Shown one piece after another: positions 62,690-64,000 of a stretch of 64,000 nt of DNA. Each line of letters opens with the position of its first letter. Positions within the stretch are counted from its first letter, which is position 1. Origin of the DNA: Octopus sinensis (taxonomy: Eukaryota); assembly GCF_006345805.1 (NCBI RefSeq), contig NW_021832832.1, forward strand, positions 1-64,000, read 5' to 3'. Both the position numbers and the translations under genes were made by a program. Under the pieces are notes generated by a model that was not told where the DNA came from, made no database searches, and saw nothing but the letters and a program-made list of their open reading frames with translations.

Positions 62690-63926
62690 TATGTGTGTGT
62701 TAATTTCACACAATGTATGAATTAAAGTAATCTATAAAATCTATACAAATGCATAAACGTTTATTTTTGTTTTGTTTTGTAGCTCCAGTTTGTTTCTAAT
62801 TGATCTCACCTGTTGTCAAAGACGTTCTAGACATGCCCATACTTCCTAACATTAAGCAAGGGTGTATCTTAGAAACCACATTGGCCTATTTATATTCAGT
62901 CAGAAAGGAGAGTAGTGCATGATCTCAGCACGATTAAGGCGACATTTGAAACTGTTTGAGCAACCATATCAATATAATATATTGTTGTACTAGTGAACAT
63001 CTGTTACTTATACAGTGGGCGGTTTGCCCATCCCTATCAAAAACAAAAGAAAAAAGGCCAAGCATTCGGCAAAATGGGCTAAAATATTTAACACCTTCTC
63101 TACACGCTTGTTCATATACTACCGGTGTTCCTTATATTTTTCATCTTCCTTGGTCGATAACTTATATTATTGGAAACTTACGGGTCCATTTTATTGCCTG
63201 TACTCACCATTTTTACTGGTGGTTCAGAAAAATAAATATTCTAATTATACAATCGTAGATATATCTATTCAGCATATTTATAGTAATTGGAAATCGATTA
63301 TCCTAGACATTCTACCTGTGCAAATAGAAGAGTCTATCTACAAATCAACATCAGGTGTTTTATGTGGTTTGCTCATTCGATCTGCTATAAATACTAACCT
63401 TAAAATAAAGGAAGGACACATTAGGTGATATAGACCAAGATACATTGTATCTGGAAAACGGAAGGTACGGTCAGAGCTGGAATAATTGTGATCATAGATC
63501 TAGCGGATCAATATTCACCAGGTGTTAATGACTACCATCACCAGCACAACCACTATCAGCAGTAGCAACAACAGCAACATCAACCTCATCAACAACTAGT
63601 AGCGCACTTAAAAAAAAATTGAAAATCATATTTTCAACCACGAACGCACGCACGCACACATTATGTGTGTGTGGGGCGAGTGGTGTTTGTTTGTGTATTA
63701 TTTATATATATGTGTGTATATATGTGTGTATGTATGTGTGTATTTATATACATACATATATATATACAAAATGGGACAAGAAGGCAAAACATCCGGACAA
63801 ATAGGTGATACCAAAAGGGACAACAAAACATCCAGATAGACGATACAAAAAACACGGACGGGTCATTCGAAGCCTTTAATCTTCAGTCAAGAACTGGATC
63901 ATCCTCGCAATTTCAACCTTCTCTGC

Positions 63927-64000
63927 GAAGGCCAATGGCTTGGGGGTTAGAGGTATTTGGTTCACCATAACAAGGTCGTGAGTTCTAATCCCAGGGGTGA
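63927..64000 (+). mobile_element. Degenerate tRNA-derived SINE head, cut by the window end
   Basis: TGGCTTGGGGGTTAG...GGTCGTGAGTTCTAATCCC, similar to the 61517 head. Confidence 0.55.

Noticed and set aside
227-63855. Most ORFs in the supplied track (IYIY, MYVC, HTYI, poly-I/N/L/S)
   Set aside because: They are translations of stop-free di-, tri- and tetranucleotide microsatellites or of SINE bodies.
63860-63892. Minus-strand CTGAAGA...TTCGAATGAC motif
   Set aside because: No convincing helix II or helix I and GAAA is broken; possibly a related repeat but unsupported here.

Overview
AT-rich eukaryotic, almost entirely non-coding DNA saturated with microsatellites and transposable elements. 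The repeat complement looks like a coleoid cephalopod (Octopus-like); this is inference from recognition, not a database match. I find no confident host protein-coding gene, only a candidate 31-nt microexon (25633-25663) and a candidate poly-Q/H terminal exon (43099-42765, minus). Nearly all supplied ORFs are microsatellite artefacts. Supported content: three tRNA-derived SINE superfamilies (my labels: A = CORE-type, B, and C/D/E = one head with three tails); 3' fragments of CR1-like, RTE-like and restriction-endonuclease (R4/Dong-like) LINEs; a full-length decayed DD37D (maT) Tc1/mariner transposon; two non-autonomous Helitrons; and an 87-bp MITE. Most interesting signals: (1) six short elements sitting in or next to TA repeats that carry type-I hammerhead-ribozyme-like motifs, one near-canonical (61355-61444) and five minimal, with palindromic helix III and helix-I covariation, probably Penelope-like; (2) SINE-B head-to-tail multimers with an identical junction at independent loci; (3) elements inserted into (AAT)n that share a CAYTC 3' terminus; (4) a LINE/SINE shared 3' stem-loop with compensatory changes. 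Family assignments were made by eye from motifs and need database confirmation; boundaries of decayed copies are approximate.
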